From assembly GCA_051362555.1 (NCBI GenBank), contig CM120643.1, forward strand, positions 9,672,001 through 9,736,000: 64,000 nt of DNA, written 5' to 3'. Below the pieces are notes generated by a model that saw only the letters and a list, made by a program, of their open reading frames with translations, was not told the origin of the DNA and did not search any database. The position numbers and the translations under genes are program-made. This document shows, piece after piece, positions 49,513 through 62,285 of the stretch (position 1 is its first letter; every line of letters begins with the position of its first letter). This DNA is from Lingula anatina (lineage: Eukaryota > Animalia > Brachiopoda).

Positions 49513-52500
49513 TTATTATTTTTTTTTTTGAGAAACTGTGGCCAGCATTCAAAGGATATATGCCATTTTGACAGAATGGAGCACAGCTGTTAAAATATTG
49601 TCATCAAATTGATTTTGTGTGTACATAAACATATCGATTGTTATTCTCCAGATTTTATCCAAAGAGTAACTTTGATGCTTTGATGTCAGGTCTGTATTAA
49701 GGAACATTATAATTCTTAAAAACAGAATACTTATTTGATGTCCATTCTAAATGTTATTTCATTTCTGCAGCATCTATTAACATGACTTGTGTAAAATGTT
49801 TTGCAACTTCTATTTCAAATCAATCTAGTGTATCTATAATGCGTGATTGTCTGTCAACTTTGTTTTATATGGGATAGGCAAAGATCAAAAATATTTGTAA
49901 AGGGAAAATAAAAATTCCTACGGATGGAAAGGCCCTTGAAATTATCAACTCACCATATAGAGTCTTCGCAGAATTCTTCCAGGAGATTTCCATCCATATC
50001 AAAGTAGTCATCAATACTGATGCTGCCATCACTGTCATGAGCAGAGGCAAAATTGGTCACAGGTCGGCATGGAATGCCAAGGCAGCGGCAAACTGGAAGA
50101 GAAGGTCCAATAATTTTTATACTTTGCCACCCACAACATGACAACAATTTTTGAGAATGAGAGAGATAGAGAGAGAGAATGTGTGTGTAAAAAACAAAAA
50201 ACAAAAAACAAAAACATTTAAATGTTATCTTGAAAACATATTGGGAAAGAAGTTAGTCCTAAATGCCAAAAGTGAATCAGACAGGAATCAATGTCAGCAA
50301 CCATACTTGTTGTGACAACTCCTGAGAAAACCCAGCACTGTCCATATTTGACTGGCCTCTTCCTCTTCCAGTATTCTTGCAGAATGGCAACGCTGCCGAC
50401 CCACTTTGTTGGCCTGGTGCCACCCTCGTAGTTACCCGACCAATTTCCCATCAAGATGCCATTGTCATCAGGGGAGTTCGTCTGGAAGTTACATTTTTAC
50501 ATATGATTATTGATTCACCACTCACAACAAGGGCAGATCCAGAGATAATATTTTCTGACAGTCTTTCAATTTTATCTTTGTTGTTCCATTTTCCATTTTT
50601 GACTGTCTTCTGATGTCAAAAATTAAATGACTGTCAATGTTAACACTTTAAAAATTCTGACTGCCTTCTGAAGACCAAGAAGAAACCCTCCACCTGCCCC
50701 TGCACAAAATACATAAAACAATGTGTTTTCTCATTATAATTTTTTTGAGACACCATCAAAGGGACACCTCAAGAAATTCAAATACTTTGTCACTTTGTTT
50801 TCCAAAGAAGATATCAGCGAAAAACCAGTTTGTAAGTACATTTTCCTGAAAAACAGATTTAATTTAATTATAAAAAGACATGATATGCTAATACTTACAA
50901 AGGCAGAAATCTTCCTTGCAATCTGCACGGGATTGCCTCTAGCACTGAGAGCCAATCCAGATTTTTCCAACACTAAAAGGCTGCAGTCTAAGACAAAATC
51001 TTCAAACTAAAAATTTAAACAGATATGGTTGTAATATCAATGAAATATAGCATTTTTTCAGACAGATATTCAAATACAAACAATTTCAAAATTGTCTTCA
51101 TCATATCATCATATTATGAAAAAAATGTTATGAATTGTTATGAATAAAGATGTTATGAATGTAACATACTTTATACCACTACATTTAACTTCAAAATCTA
51201 AAACATCATCCTAGCCCGCAGATGTCCTGGTTTTACACGGATCATCATCAAAAGGTGCAATGCATGTGGTGATTAAAGGAATAATAACTCTTTGTATGAG
51301 ATCTATATTTCACAATAAAAACATTGTGAACAACTCATAGAAATATGACATATTCTGTTTTACCACAAAAACGGCAATTATAGCTATTATTCTGATATCT
51401 GAGCTTGTCTTTAGACCTTGTGACCTCCATTGGCCATACTCTGTTATAATCTCTTAAGATTTTGATCTCTTAAGAGATTATATCAAAAAAAAAAAAAAAA
51501 AAAAAAACAGGGACAATGTAAAAATGGATTCATTAACCATTAGTAAGTATGGGAAAATTGTTGTTTACCCTAGGAAATTTCATTTTTTGGCCAAAACAAA
51601 GAGTTATTATCACTTTAAGGGAAAAGAGTAGAAATTTCCAGGAAATTAAAAATCATTGTTACGATATGCACTCACCCCAGCCCCCATTTCCAACCTTTAA
51701 AATCACTTATTCCAGTATTTCTAACAAACTGTTTTGGAAAACAGTATTTCCAGATGTTGTTCAAATTTAGTGAGAAACTAGAGTATACTCTAACTCCTAC
51801 CTGCCCAAAGTTCCAGGGTTTAGAACCAATTTGCTTGGAAGTACCAGCATATATCTTCCCAACATCATTCAGGACATACTCATTCAAGAGCTTGGTATCT
51901 GGCATATAGACTTGGTCATCTGAAAAACAAAATAAAAAAACACTGCAATGTAATCTATCTTTTAAATACAAAGGTATTTAAAAGAAAGACGGTCTTCTGG
52001 AAGACAGTCAGAATTTTTCAGAACGGTATCTGGCAAATAGACCTGGTCATCTGAAATATGAAATATAAAACATTGCAATGAAATTCCAAAATGTAATCTT
52101 TTCTTTAAATACACAACAACACGGTCCCTTTCTGTACAACTTATCTTCTCTCTTTTATGGTGATTTTAAGCATCACAATCATTATTTTTGTTTGTGGACC
52201 TATCAATGAGAAAATTGACACATTGTGAAAAAAAACTGCAGCTTAATAAAATAACCTAAACATTGGGTAATAAATAAGTTTTAAGAATCCTAATCAAAAC
52301 AATGAATTGTATCTTATTAATAATTTATATGTAGTGTTGACTAACCGCTCCTGTTTTTCAGTCAAGAGTCATTGAAATAGCTTGACAAAAAAGGCTATTA
52401 ATAAATAAAAAAACATCCATATTTAAAAAAAAAAGTAAACATGGCAACCCTCAGATATTTACTAACTTTTATATTTTCACAAATCCGTTGCTTCCATTTT

Positions 52501-53981
52501 ACAAATCCATCTCTTCCAGGACAGAATTTTTTTCTCTTACCTTTGCACCATGGGTTGAACAGCACATAGAATTGTTTGGGGAAGAAATATCGGAACAGTC
52601 TCGTTGATCCGTCGTTCAGTTTGACAGCCGTGTCCACCCTCATGTCCCACTTGCCTATCAGGCAGTCCGGAGGGGTGATGATGCTAACGGTGATGGTATT
52701 TCCCACCACAGACACAATCTCGGCTCCCCATTCCTTAGGGCGGTCCTTAGCAGACACATGGAAACTGACACTGGTGCCTTTGCCTGGCTTGGGGAATTTC
52801 CCTTTCAAAGGAAAAGAAAATGCAGGTTACAATGCCCTTATTGAATAATTTTTTTTGAAATCCTTATCCAACATGATATGAATCCAAATAATCATGAGAA
52901 TTACAGACACTCTTTTACATATGCTCCTTTTTAATTCCTATTTTGGGAAAAAGTACACCATAAGAAGTTATGTCCTTCCGCAGGACAAAAATGCAGTGAA
53001 CAGTTCTTTTCAAACTTGCTGAATATTTGCAAAACACAAATATACAGACATCCTTGCATCTTTAAAAGATTTGAAATAAGTAAAAGAGAACAATGAGGAC
53101 AAAATGTTACTTTTTACGAGATGCAGGATATCATGAAGGGGTGGGGCTTTTTTTTCTTTTTTGACAAAAATGACTTTGGTGCATAAAACATGCCACTATT
53201 TCTTTCTTGCTATTTGGGAAGGTCCCATTGGGGATTAGTGATCTTAGTTCATGGAAAATATAATCATCAGTTCACAAATTATAGTAAATAAAACTTGATT
53301 CATGTCTCATTGAAGATGCAAGTTGAAAATCACAAATTACCTATTATAATGATTTCATTTCACGAAGGACAAAGAATTAAAAGCTGCATTCAAGAGTGAC
53401 CGCAATGGGGTGCCTCATGGATCTCGATACATAATATGAACATTTCATGCATCTTGTGAAATAAAAATTGGCTTTCACGGGTAACGAAAGTACCTGATGA
53501 GGCCCTCATTTGGGAAGGGGATGGGTTCCATATACACATGGACAGTCTTTATCTTAAACCACCCATTCAGTGTTGATCTGCCAATGACCTACCATACTCA
53601 AAACACAGCTTCAAATCATGCATTTCTTTATTAAAAGGTTTGTCCATTTGGAGATCCACCACAAATGCCTGTCCTCTCCTCAAGATGAGGTATGGATCCT
53701 GGCGCTGATATTTATCATCCTCCCAATAGGAAGAACACTCAAACTGGTCGGTGTGATGGTCCTTAGAATTTTGGGCAATTTTCAGGTCAACCCAGTTACA
53801 TCTCATCACTGTGTTGTCATCGATTTTCACACTGGATCTTTCTAGAAATAGATGCATGAACAGATTGAATATTATATATAGGAATGCTCTGTAATCAGTG
53901 AAGACCAAACACAATTGTATGTCTCCTCCAGATGCATTTGAAAGGTTGTGTGTCACATCTAACACACTTTCCTCATACAAT

Positions 53982-54023
<42 letters not shown>

Positions 54024-54280
54024 AAGAGAGAGAAGACATTTGCACACAATATCTCTGCAATTTCCAACATGCAGTGTCACAGCTAAGTTTAGAAGATATT
54101 TAAGAGAAAATTTGCCAAGAACCCACCATGTTGTGCCTTCCATCGGTCCACTGAACGACCATCAGCAGTGCTGCCATATGCCTGCCAGAAATGGGGAATT
54201 GACACTGGATCGAAGGCACTTCCCATGCGACTTTCATACGTCACCATGCGCCGACCTCGAGAAAAACCACGACGCGACAT
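44036..54280 (-). CDS. Transglutaminase (protein-glutamine gamma-glutamyltransferase), paralogue TG-2, ~770-790 aa
   Basis: Exons 54127-54280 (acceptor at 54288), 53593-53841, 52541-52801, 51801-51919, 50899-51006, 50307-50481, 49954-50092, 48994-49097, 48334-48493, 48003-48121, 47096-47178, 46235-46439, 45699-45868, 45065-45195 (or 45202, see finding), 44036-44177. Same intron phases as TG-1; motifs LRRGQ, LFNPWC, YGQCWVF, NFHVW, DATPQE. Confidence 0.93.
44473..44759. mobile_element. hAT-like MITE (CAGTGGCGGAT family)
   Basis: CAGTGGCGGATT / ACCTGCCCCTG termini, G/C tracts; homologous to 44883-45054. Confidence 0.7.
44883..45054. mobile_element. hAT-like MITE with 5-bp TSD
   Basis: CAGTGGCAGAT / ATCTGCCCCTG termini; ATATA on both flanks; 10 bp from a TG-2 splice donor. 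Confidence 0.75.
46905..47055. mobile_element. hAT-like MITE family C, CpG-decayed
   Basis: TAGGCCCATAGCC / GGCTATGGGCCTG termini; flanks TACTG / AACTG. Confidence 0.72.
47367..47500. mobile_element. Harbinger-like MITE family A, internally deleted
   Basis: Both termini present, TAA on both flanks, ~90 bp of interior missing. Confidence 0.8.
48520..48972. repeat. Degenerate ~41-bp minisatellite in TG-2 intron 8
   Basis: Same unit family (GTGTGACAATGAACCAGGATGTGAATA…GGATGTG) as in TG-1 intron 8. Confidence 0.85.
50528..50702. mobile_element. hAT-like MITE with 5-bp TSD
   Basis: CAAGGGCAGAT / ACCTGCCCCTG termini; CACAA on both flanks; internal TGACTGTC repeats. Confidence 0.72.
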
Positions 54281-54838
54281 GCTGTAATCTGGAAAATGAT
54301 AACATTATCATTGAGGATGACTGTTCCTAAATTACTAAAAAATTACCTGATTACTATGAAACTGGCCTATAACAAATAAAATAAAATTGTTTGTCAGATA
54401 TTACAGTCATGTAGGAGTGTCAAATATTCCTGTAATGGTAGAATTACTCCCTCTTCTTCAGGATAACACATTTCCATTTTTAATCTTAGAGTGATAAAGC
54501 AATAATTGAAAACCTCATTAAAACCTCTAAGCTCCCTTTCAAAACTGTTGCATGCCTTTTTCAATATGGCATTTGGCACAATATCTATTAGAAAGAATAT
54601 AAAGTGTATGTCTTTCTACTTTTGTTTTTACAGAGCAGAACTGCATGGTGCATGAATACAAAGTCCAACATGACCAACTACAATGTGCGCAATATATCTT
54701 AACATATAAATACAAATGGTTTATATATCTGATCAGAAATACCAATGGTTCATATTAATTCTCTAAAAAAATCTTCAATTTACAGGAAAGACCATGTTCG
54801 ATAAATGACAACCACCAATAAATTTACTACTACATTAC

Positions 54839-54875
54839 CGCCACTATTATATAACCAAGGTCGGAACCTCTGCAT
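54839..54875 (-). CDS. Putative alternative first coding exon of TG-2 (MQRFRPWLYNSG)
   Basis: ATG to a phase-1 donor G|gtaatg, in frame with the acceptor at 54288. Confidence 0.4.
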
Positions 54876-56085
54876 CCTCAAGTGTCTTGTTGATCGACTC
54901 AAAATCAGCGGATCTATCTACTGTTTATTTCTTTTAAAATCTACCCTTCTGTCTCTGCGTGAGCCTGTCTATCACCTCAAAGTTGGTTAAATTTCTGTTC
55001 TGAATCAGTGAGTCTTTAATTTTATACTATATCTACTGTAGATCAAAACTAAAAAAGCGGCAGCAATGTAATTTGAGATACCATGAGTAAACAACACTTC
55101 TCTCACTTGATAAACCTCAAGAGGCTATAAACCTGCAAAACTTGTTCTATATTTACAACCATCTCTCACAAGTTTCAAAACAAACTCATGAAATTCATAT
55201 CAAACACTTTCATAGCTTCCTTTAAAGCACAATCTCATAAACAGTCCTTTTTCTTGTGCCTATCAAATTGAAAAAAAAATTAATACCAGCATCTCCAATA
55301 TATTTGTCCTAAAAAAAAGGTTTTAAAGCTAACAGACACACCCTAATATTTCTTCATATTAAAGGCATGTTGCAGTATTTTTCTCATAGGTTAATGTGAG
55401 TGATGAAAAAAACCAGCTAGCCCAGAATCCAAGGTCTGATTAAAATCAGTATAATTAAATTTATGTCATTACTGTAACACCATTGCTGTATTTATGCTTC
55501 TAGAGACTCACTACAATCGGTGTGATCTCTACCTTTATTTGTATAATCCAGGTATTGGTGTCACTGCTCCACTTCTATTTGCTGACTATATGTATTTTAT
55601 TCTGCAGTACTGATTACTTCATACAAGATTCTAATTATTAAATGTTACAAGTTCTTCTCCTTATATACGCGTACACAAGGACAATTACATTATAGTGATT
55701 CCTAAAGCAAGTCGGAGATATTGAAGCCAATTAACAGCATTAAGACATATTTCTAGAGATCTTAAAGATAATTAAACCAAAACTAGGAATTGAAACCATA
55801 AATAAAGTGATTCAACCCTTTTAAAACCGAAAACATCCTGTAAAACTTAATGTCATATTAACTTTGGCGTCTAAATACAAGTGATCTTCATGAGTTCTAA
55901 AGTTTTGATGAAACACCCCAGTTGCACAAGCATCCCCAACCCTCACAGGAATTTCAGGCATAACAGAACAGTTTTAATTCACTTTTTTGTCTGCTTGTCC
56001 CATATTTCAATTTCCAGGTGATGTTCAACTCTATGCTGAATTCCTTTCCATCCCATCAGCCTTACCCCTTAACTATTTTACTTAC

Positions 56086-56128
56086 CTCCGTACATATATA
56101 TCCAACACTCGCTACGATATCGTGTCAT
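56086..56128 (-). CDS. Putative alternative first coding exon of TG-2 (MTRYRSECWIYMYG, or MYG from 56095)
   Basis: Ends ATG TAC GGA G|gtaagt (consensus donor, phase 1), mirroring ATG TAC AGA G|gt in TG-1. Confidence 0.5.
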
Positions 56129-57075
56129 AACTCAATATCCCACATTAAATTGCCCTGTCCTTGGTCTGGCACTCCAGCAGGTATATACGTTCACTCTTAT
56201 GTCACAATATACTACCGGGATATAGTATGTAATAAAACAAGGTATGCAAGATTACAAGAGTCACACCTCTCTGCCAGACCCACCCATCTGTAACCAAACA
56301 GGTCACAACTCTCAACCTACAATACCTATAAACTGCCTTGCTTTACCTTGTGTACATAAAATATATATAACAGAATTTCTAGTTGGTTGCACACTTTACT
56401 ATGTATTGTGGTAACTTACACCCAAAAGGTCCCTGTGGTTACATTTTAAAGAACCTGAAAAGGGCTCAGGTGTCTCTGATAAATAACTAGTGTCCTGGCA
56501 TATTCCAGCTTGGTGTTTTTCTTTAGCATTAAAATGCTGTATTAAGATATTTTGAAATGGACAGGTCACTGCAGGTGCAGATTTACATATCCCCTGGATA
56601 TTTTATAAACAAAATAACTACAGACATATCCCTTAACTGACAGTAACTAGCATGAAAAAAAAATAAGGTAAAGACATTGATTGTACAAAACAGGGGCGTC
56701 TCAACAGTCCGAAGGTTCATACAAAACACTTGCAGGTTTGCTGTATCAGTTGAACTTTAATACAAAATAAATGCACTTTTAAAGTACAATTGTAATAGTT
56801 CAAAATACAAGCTATTATAATCATAACACTTTGTCATTCATATAAAAATGCCTATGCGGGCCATTGACCACCATTTACATCAGTGAGGATGTCACCACTT
56901 CCTGTGACACAGGTTGATGAGGGGAGGGCCTGTCTACTGTCAGTCAACCTCCGGAACTTTCCAGGCCTTACAGTCAGGTAACTTATGAGGTGTGGGATGT
57001 GCAGTGACATGATGGATTAGAGAGAGTAGAATCAATGAACTGCAAGTTCCCACTCCCTTTCAAATGAAGTGCTGT

Positions 57076-57077
<2 letters not shown>

Positions 57078-57113
<36 letters not shown>

Positions 57114-57180
57114 ATGTGTGTGTGTTTATGTGTGTGTGTGTGCCTGCGTGCCTGGGTGTGTGCATGCCTGCGTGCATGTG
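57078..57180. repeat. (TG)n microsatellite
   Basis: Visible dinucleotide run; similar runs at 22047, 24451, 25030, 35221, 53984 and 60917. Confidence 0.9.
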
Positions 57181-57898
57181 AACCAGAGAATGAAAGTAAA
57201 AGTGGAAGACGGAGAGAAAATACTTTCATTTATGTTAACCCCACTTTCTTGGAAAAAAGTGTCTTATGAAACAATTTTTTCAGATAATTAGTGAAGATAC
57301 AATTTATATATATAATTGGGCAGTAATATTTCAATTTGCACATTTATAAAATCAGCGACAATTATTTTCAATTTACTTTGCCAGATGTTGTGTTATCAAA
57401 GAAAATTAAGGAATCAAAAATAATAGTAAACAAAATTTATTCAATTCATTCTGAAAGCTAATTTGTAAGCTTTCGATGATTGTGGTGACATTGTCCCTAT
57501 GAAGTGCAGTAGTAGGCCTACTTAATCATATTCACAACATATAACAACATATAGCCACGTGTCATCACTCCTAGCACGGATATAAACTTATTATGAAAAA
57601 TTGTCATAATGCTAACATGCAGCTATTACCTGATGATATACATATATTCAGGCAGACACTTAAAAAACACCTTGTCTTGGACCGGCATGCACATACTACT
57701 AGTATCAGACAGATGATTCATGGCAAATTGAACAATGAGAGACTTTGATGCTAGTTTTTTTCCCCTATATCACCTGTGCAGTCTGAATGGTATTTTAAGC
57801 CTCCAAGACATCCAGTTGTGAAGTTTTATGTGCTATCAGAATAAGTCAGTACACATACCCATATTGTAATATTACTTCATGAACCATGGATAAACTAT

Positions 57899-58109
57899 GG
57901 GTGCATTTCCAGAGATTTAGATCGATCCAGAGATTAAGATTTAGATCGACCTAACTCCCTGGGGGTTCACGCTAAATTGCAGTCAGCCGAGCACGCACCA
58001 TAGTTAATTACCCCCTTACAGCTTTTAGTAGGTGGGACAGTAAGCTGACAGTAATCTAGTGAGACTCCTCACAGAGATAGATCGATCTAAAATCTATGGG
58101 AATGGGGTC
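57899..58109. mobile_element. Harbinger-like MITE family A
   Basis: Closely similar to 41009-41234; TAT on both flanks. Confidence 0.85.
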
Positions 58110-58819
58110 TATATGTTCCTTTACTGATTTAACATTAATTTTTCTCATTGCGATTCTTTGGATAAACGAGTGTATAACAGGGGTGTACCAATACTAATTT
58201 GTTTTCAAGGTTCTTTAATTTTAAATTCCAGAAGACACATGCAAATTAAAACTGTCATCAGCTAAAACACCCTATACAAGTTTATTTAATTAAATATCTG
58301 AAATGTTGTTTCTGCAAACTTGACACACCCTGAAATGCCAATCTTTAGATATTACAGTGACTTTATTCACGAAACCAGTTCCATATAAGACAGCTAGATA
58401 AAAACTTGAAGGAGGGGTTTGTATTTCTTTATAAACTGTAAACCACATAATATGGAAGGAATCATACCCGGTATGTGGGGGTTTGACTGAGAAACAATTT
58501 AAAGGACACTGTCATCGATAACACACCAGTTATACCAGATTTTTTTTTTTTTTTTTTGTCTGAACATGTTTTCTTTAACTCCAAAATGAGACAAACAACC
58601 CACTGACACCTCAGACACCCACACCAGGTATGGTTTAAGCTTAAGACATTTGACCCTGGCTTATACCAGTATTAGCATTCCCCGCAGTTTGCCACAAGGG
58701 ATGCATCTTCACTCAGGTATCTGTTGACTCGATTAACTACAGTACAAATAGATACATTTTTTTCTTAAGTACATTGTGCACTCAATGCTGCAGTATGCAA
58801 ACTGCATGTTTTAAATCCC

Positions 58820-58943
58820 CCCATAGCCAGCAATTGCAAAAGGGGTGTTTTTTTTTCTGAAAATGTGTACCTTTTGTCAAAAGATGCTAGTTTACCTAGA
58901 TCAAATTTATCCAGAGTGGACATTTTCCCAGCTACTGGCCTGT
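58820..58943. mobile_element. hAT-like MITE family C, degenerate
   Basis: CCCATAGCCAGCAATTGCAAAAGGGG… matches the 41322 and 62244 copies. Confidence 0.6.
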
Positions 58944-60914
58944 TTTAACACACAAAATTGCAGTATTAACTTTAAGCAAAATAGCATAATTTCCTCACCT
59001 CTTTTTATCCTGCCTGCAGAACACAATTAAAAAACATCTATCAAAATATGACACCTACAGCGTATACCCTTTCTTTCTAAAAAGAAGATAATAAAAAAAT
59101 AGAAAAATGTGTCACAATTCAAAACAGGTGACATCTGCTGCAACACACCTGTTTGGGAAAATGGCATCCAAAACAGTTCTTTTAGTTAAGGCCTAAAATC
59201 ACATATCTTATATGATCCTACCTGTCAATATATAATATTCAAAAACTTCAGTTGCCCTTAAAGTAGAATTTTTTCAACTGAGTAATTATATTTATAGTTT
59301 CCCGTTGCAGTTCCACGTATATAATATGTTGCATATATGTAGAGGGAGAAGGGTGGCTGCCTTGGGTTGAATACTTGTTTCTAGCAAAGGCACTTCTCTT
59401 ACATTTATTCAAACAGAATTGACATAACAAGTCAAACAAGAGTATAGGATGTCACAGCCGGAATGTACATTCAGCATTCAGCAAGGCAGTGTTGATCCTT
59501 GGGCTCTACAGTCCCTAGCGTCTAATATTTCTTTTTTGGAATATCACATGATGCAATGGATCTTCCAGAAAATCTCTAAAAATAACAGTGGAGTCACAGC
59601 CCAGCCCAGCTTAATTTTTTCTAAGTGGGTTTTGTCATGCAGGGGAAACTGTACTATTACTACCAGTACTCACAAATTAAGTACACAACTTATACAGTAC
59701 AGGTATTTGTTTCTCTTTACACACTCTTTTGTAACAGTACTATGCATGCTACTTAACCATATATATAGGGATTACTGTCATATCACAAGTGCTGGCCTTC
59801 CTTGATACACTCCTATGAAAAACAATACCCCCAATTAGCATCCGAAATAAATTGTGACCATCAAATTAGGACTAAAGATGACCCCAAGTACAAAATAGCG
59901 AGGTGATACTTTTTATATTATCTGAAATATCACCCATTCCCCCTCTCCTTTTTTTATCTAGGGTGACAGCTCCTTGAAATCAATTTAGAAATTCAGTAAT
60001 TTAATTTGTTTAGAAAGGACACTTTAAGGATTAAAATAAGCAATTGTTTTGAACTTAAAGCTTATCCTAATCCTGAACCCCTCCCCCACCCCCACCATCA
60101 CCCCACCCCACCTCCCAGCCAGCTGTCCCTGAAACCATACCACATCCAGGACAAAATGAAATGGAAAAATATACCCACATCAACACAACTTTCTTCTTCT
60201 TTACTCTTCTTGTCTCAGGCTTTTGCCAGACTTAGCTAGGTAATGGGTTGTTTATTTTAGGTAAACAGCTTTTAAACTCGTACAGGGGCCAATTTCAGTA
60301 TAATTTTCAATATCAGTTTTCACAGTATCATTTTGAGGGAATTAAAAGTCAATATATCTGGTTCAGTAATCATCCATAGAACTGATGGGCATATTGCCAA
60401 AAGATCTTAGCTAATGTTTTATTACCTCCAATTGTGCAAATTCTTTCTTTTTTGCATGAAATATCAGAAGATGCATCAGTTTTCAGGAGGGAAGGATGTG
60501 TAATATGGGCAAAACATATTTACGGATGGTCCATTTGGCAAACACCACTGAAATGTTTGCAGCTGCGCAGTTGCCCTTGATGAACTTTGATAATGAAAGT
60601 GAAACTGATGCAGCAGTTCTCATATTTTGACAGCAGACATAAGTTTCTTATGATTGTCCTTGACATTACCCGAAATACGCTATATAAACCCAACATGAGC
60701 CGAGCAACATGTCTTGAATTTAAAAGCCTGATGTATGATGATTAACTCTGTACTGGTTTGTGGTTTTACATCCTTTCAGTTGCTGTGAGGAAGATCAAAG
60801 GTTAAAGAACTAGTTTTGTCTGCTTAAGTGAGCAGGCAACCTAGGGTGCAACTGGCAAACTCAGAACAAGAGAAATATTAAGTCAGTCTAGCAACCAACA
60901 CCGTGTGGCTGATG

Positions 60915-60916
<2 letters not shown>

Positions 60917-60965
<49 letters not shown>

Positions 60966-61062
60966 TGTGTTTGAGAGCAAGATCAAGAGAGGGAGAGAGA
61001 GTCAGCAACAAAGAGACTGTATGTACATATGTATGCGTGTGCATGTGCGTGTGCGTGTGTGT
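60917..61062. repeat. (TG)n-rich microsatellite region
   Basis: Visible dinucleotide runs. Confidence 0.9.
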
Positions 61063-62243
61063 CCCGACATATTTATCCGAATATTGTACCTTCATGTATC
61101 CAAAAGAGAATCCCCCCAAAAGTGGGCTTATCAACACCCCTCTTCTTTAACCCTTTTTTTTACTCATATCCTTTCAATAAAATGGCCATTAAAAATCTGA
61201 TCTCACATAAATGCTGTCTGCAAGAGTAAGCACACCAAGGTAGCATGCATAATCACTAAACATATCGCTACCAGTTACTAATCCTGTCAGTATATACTGC
61301 TCAGTTGTGATGTGTTACTCCATCCTTTGGCTAAAATTAAATTGACTCAGATATCCAATGAACAAATGGATAAGGAAATTGGCTTTTTTTTCAGATTATT
61401 TCACAATCAGTTAACCAACAACATCAACACTAAATTACAAGAAAAGATCCCAGAGACGTATATGGTTTCGTTTACATGTAGATCAACTACAGCCTAGTTG
61501 AGTTAAAAAAGAAGGCATTAAAAGAAAGCCCCCTAAAAGCAAAATATCAAATGTATATATATTTATGCTTGTGATTGGGGCACATTTTAAGAATTGATGA
61601 CTTGAAAAAATGCAGTATCTGTAAAATTCACTATTTTCCTTATAATTAAAAAAAAAAAAACAACAGTTATTGCCATACTTTGTTTGTCTGAATTTCATGA
61701 ACAATAATTGCCACTCCTTGCAATTTGGGTTTGTGATTGTGAACCCCCAAATTAACAACTTAAACTGCAATTTCATAATGCAAAATTTTGTTTATCTTAA
61801 GCCTAAACTTAATGTTAACCTGTTAAGACTGTTATTGGCAAGCTTAATTACACAGCTTAAGACTCTGAACATTTTTCACAGCAGAACCAATTATGTACAT
61901 CTTAAAAGCATTAAAATTTTTGAGCCTGCAAAATGTTTTAAAAACAATTTAAATCAAATCAACAACAACAACAAAAAAGCCTGAAAGCAATTAAATAAGG
62001 AGCTTTTAAATTTAATTTAGTTTTTGTAATACAGTCATGTAATTACTTAACCATATTGCTGCAATTTGTTAACAGGCACATGTACCTAGCTATAGCATAT
62101 ATCAGTTAACTCTTTCTCTCCTTTCTTCATCATTTATGCCCCTGGATCAAGAATTCCTGTGTATAAAAAAGTATCTTCACATACATGTAGACATTAGATG
62201 AGCAGCCTTCCACAGTTAATAAATTCCCTTTTGATGATAACGT

Positions 62244-62254
62244 AGGGCCCGTAG

Positions 62255-62285
<31 letters not shown>

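Noticed and set aside
54200-54226. Internal MGSAFD as a myristoylation start for TG-2
   Set aside because: Downstream of other in-frame ATGs, Asp at position 6 and no nearby Cys.
55974-56003. MGQADKK as a lipidated first exon of TG-2
   Set aside because: The available donor is phase 0, incompatible with the phase-1 acceptors, and a stop follows.
57032-61229. CV- or HT-repeat ORFs
   Set aside because: Translations of (TG)n microsatellites.
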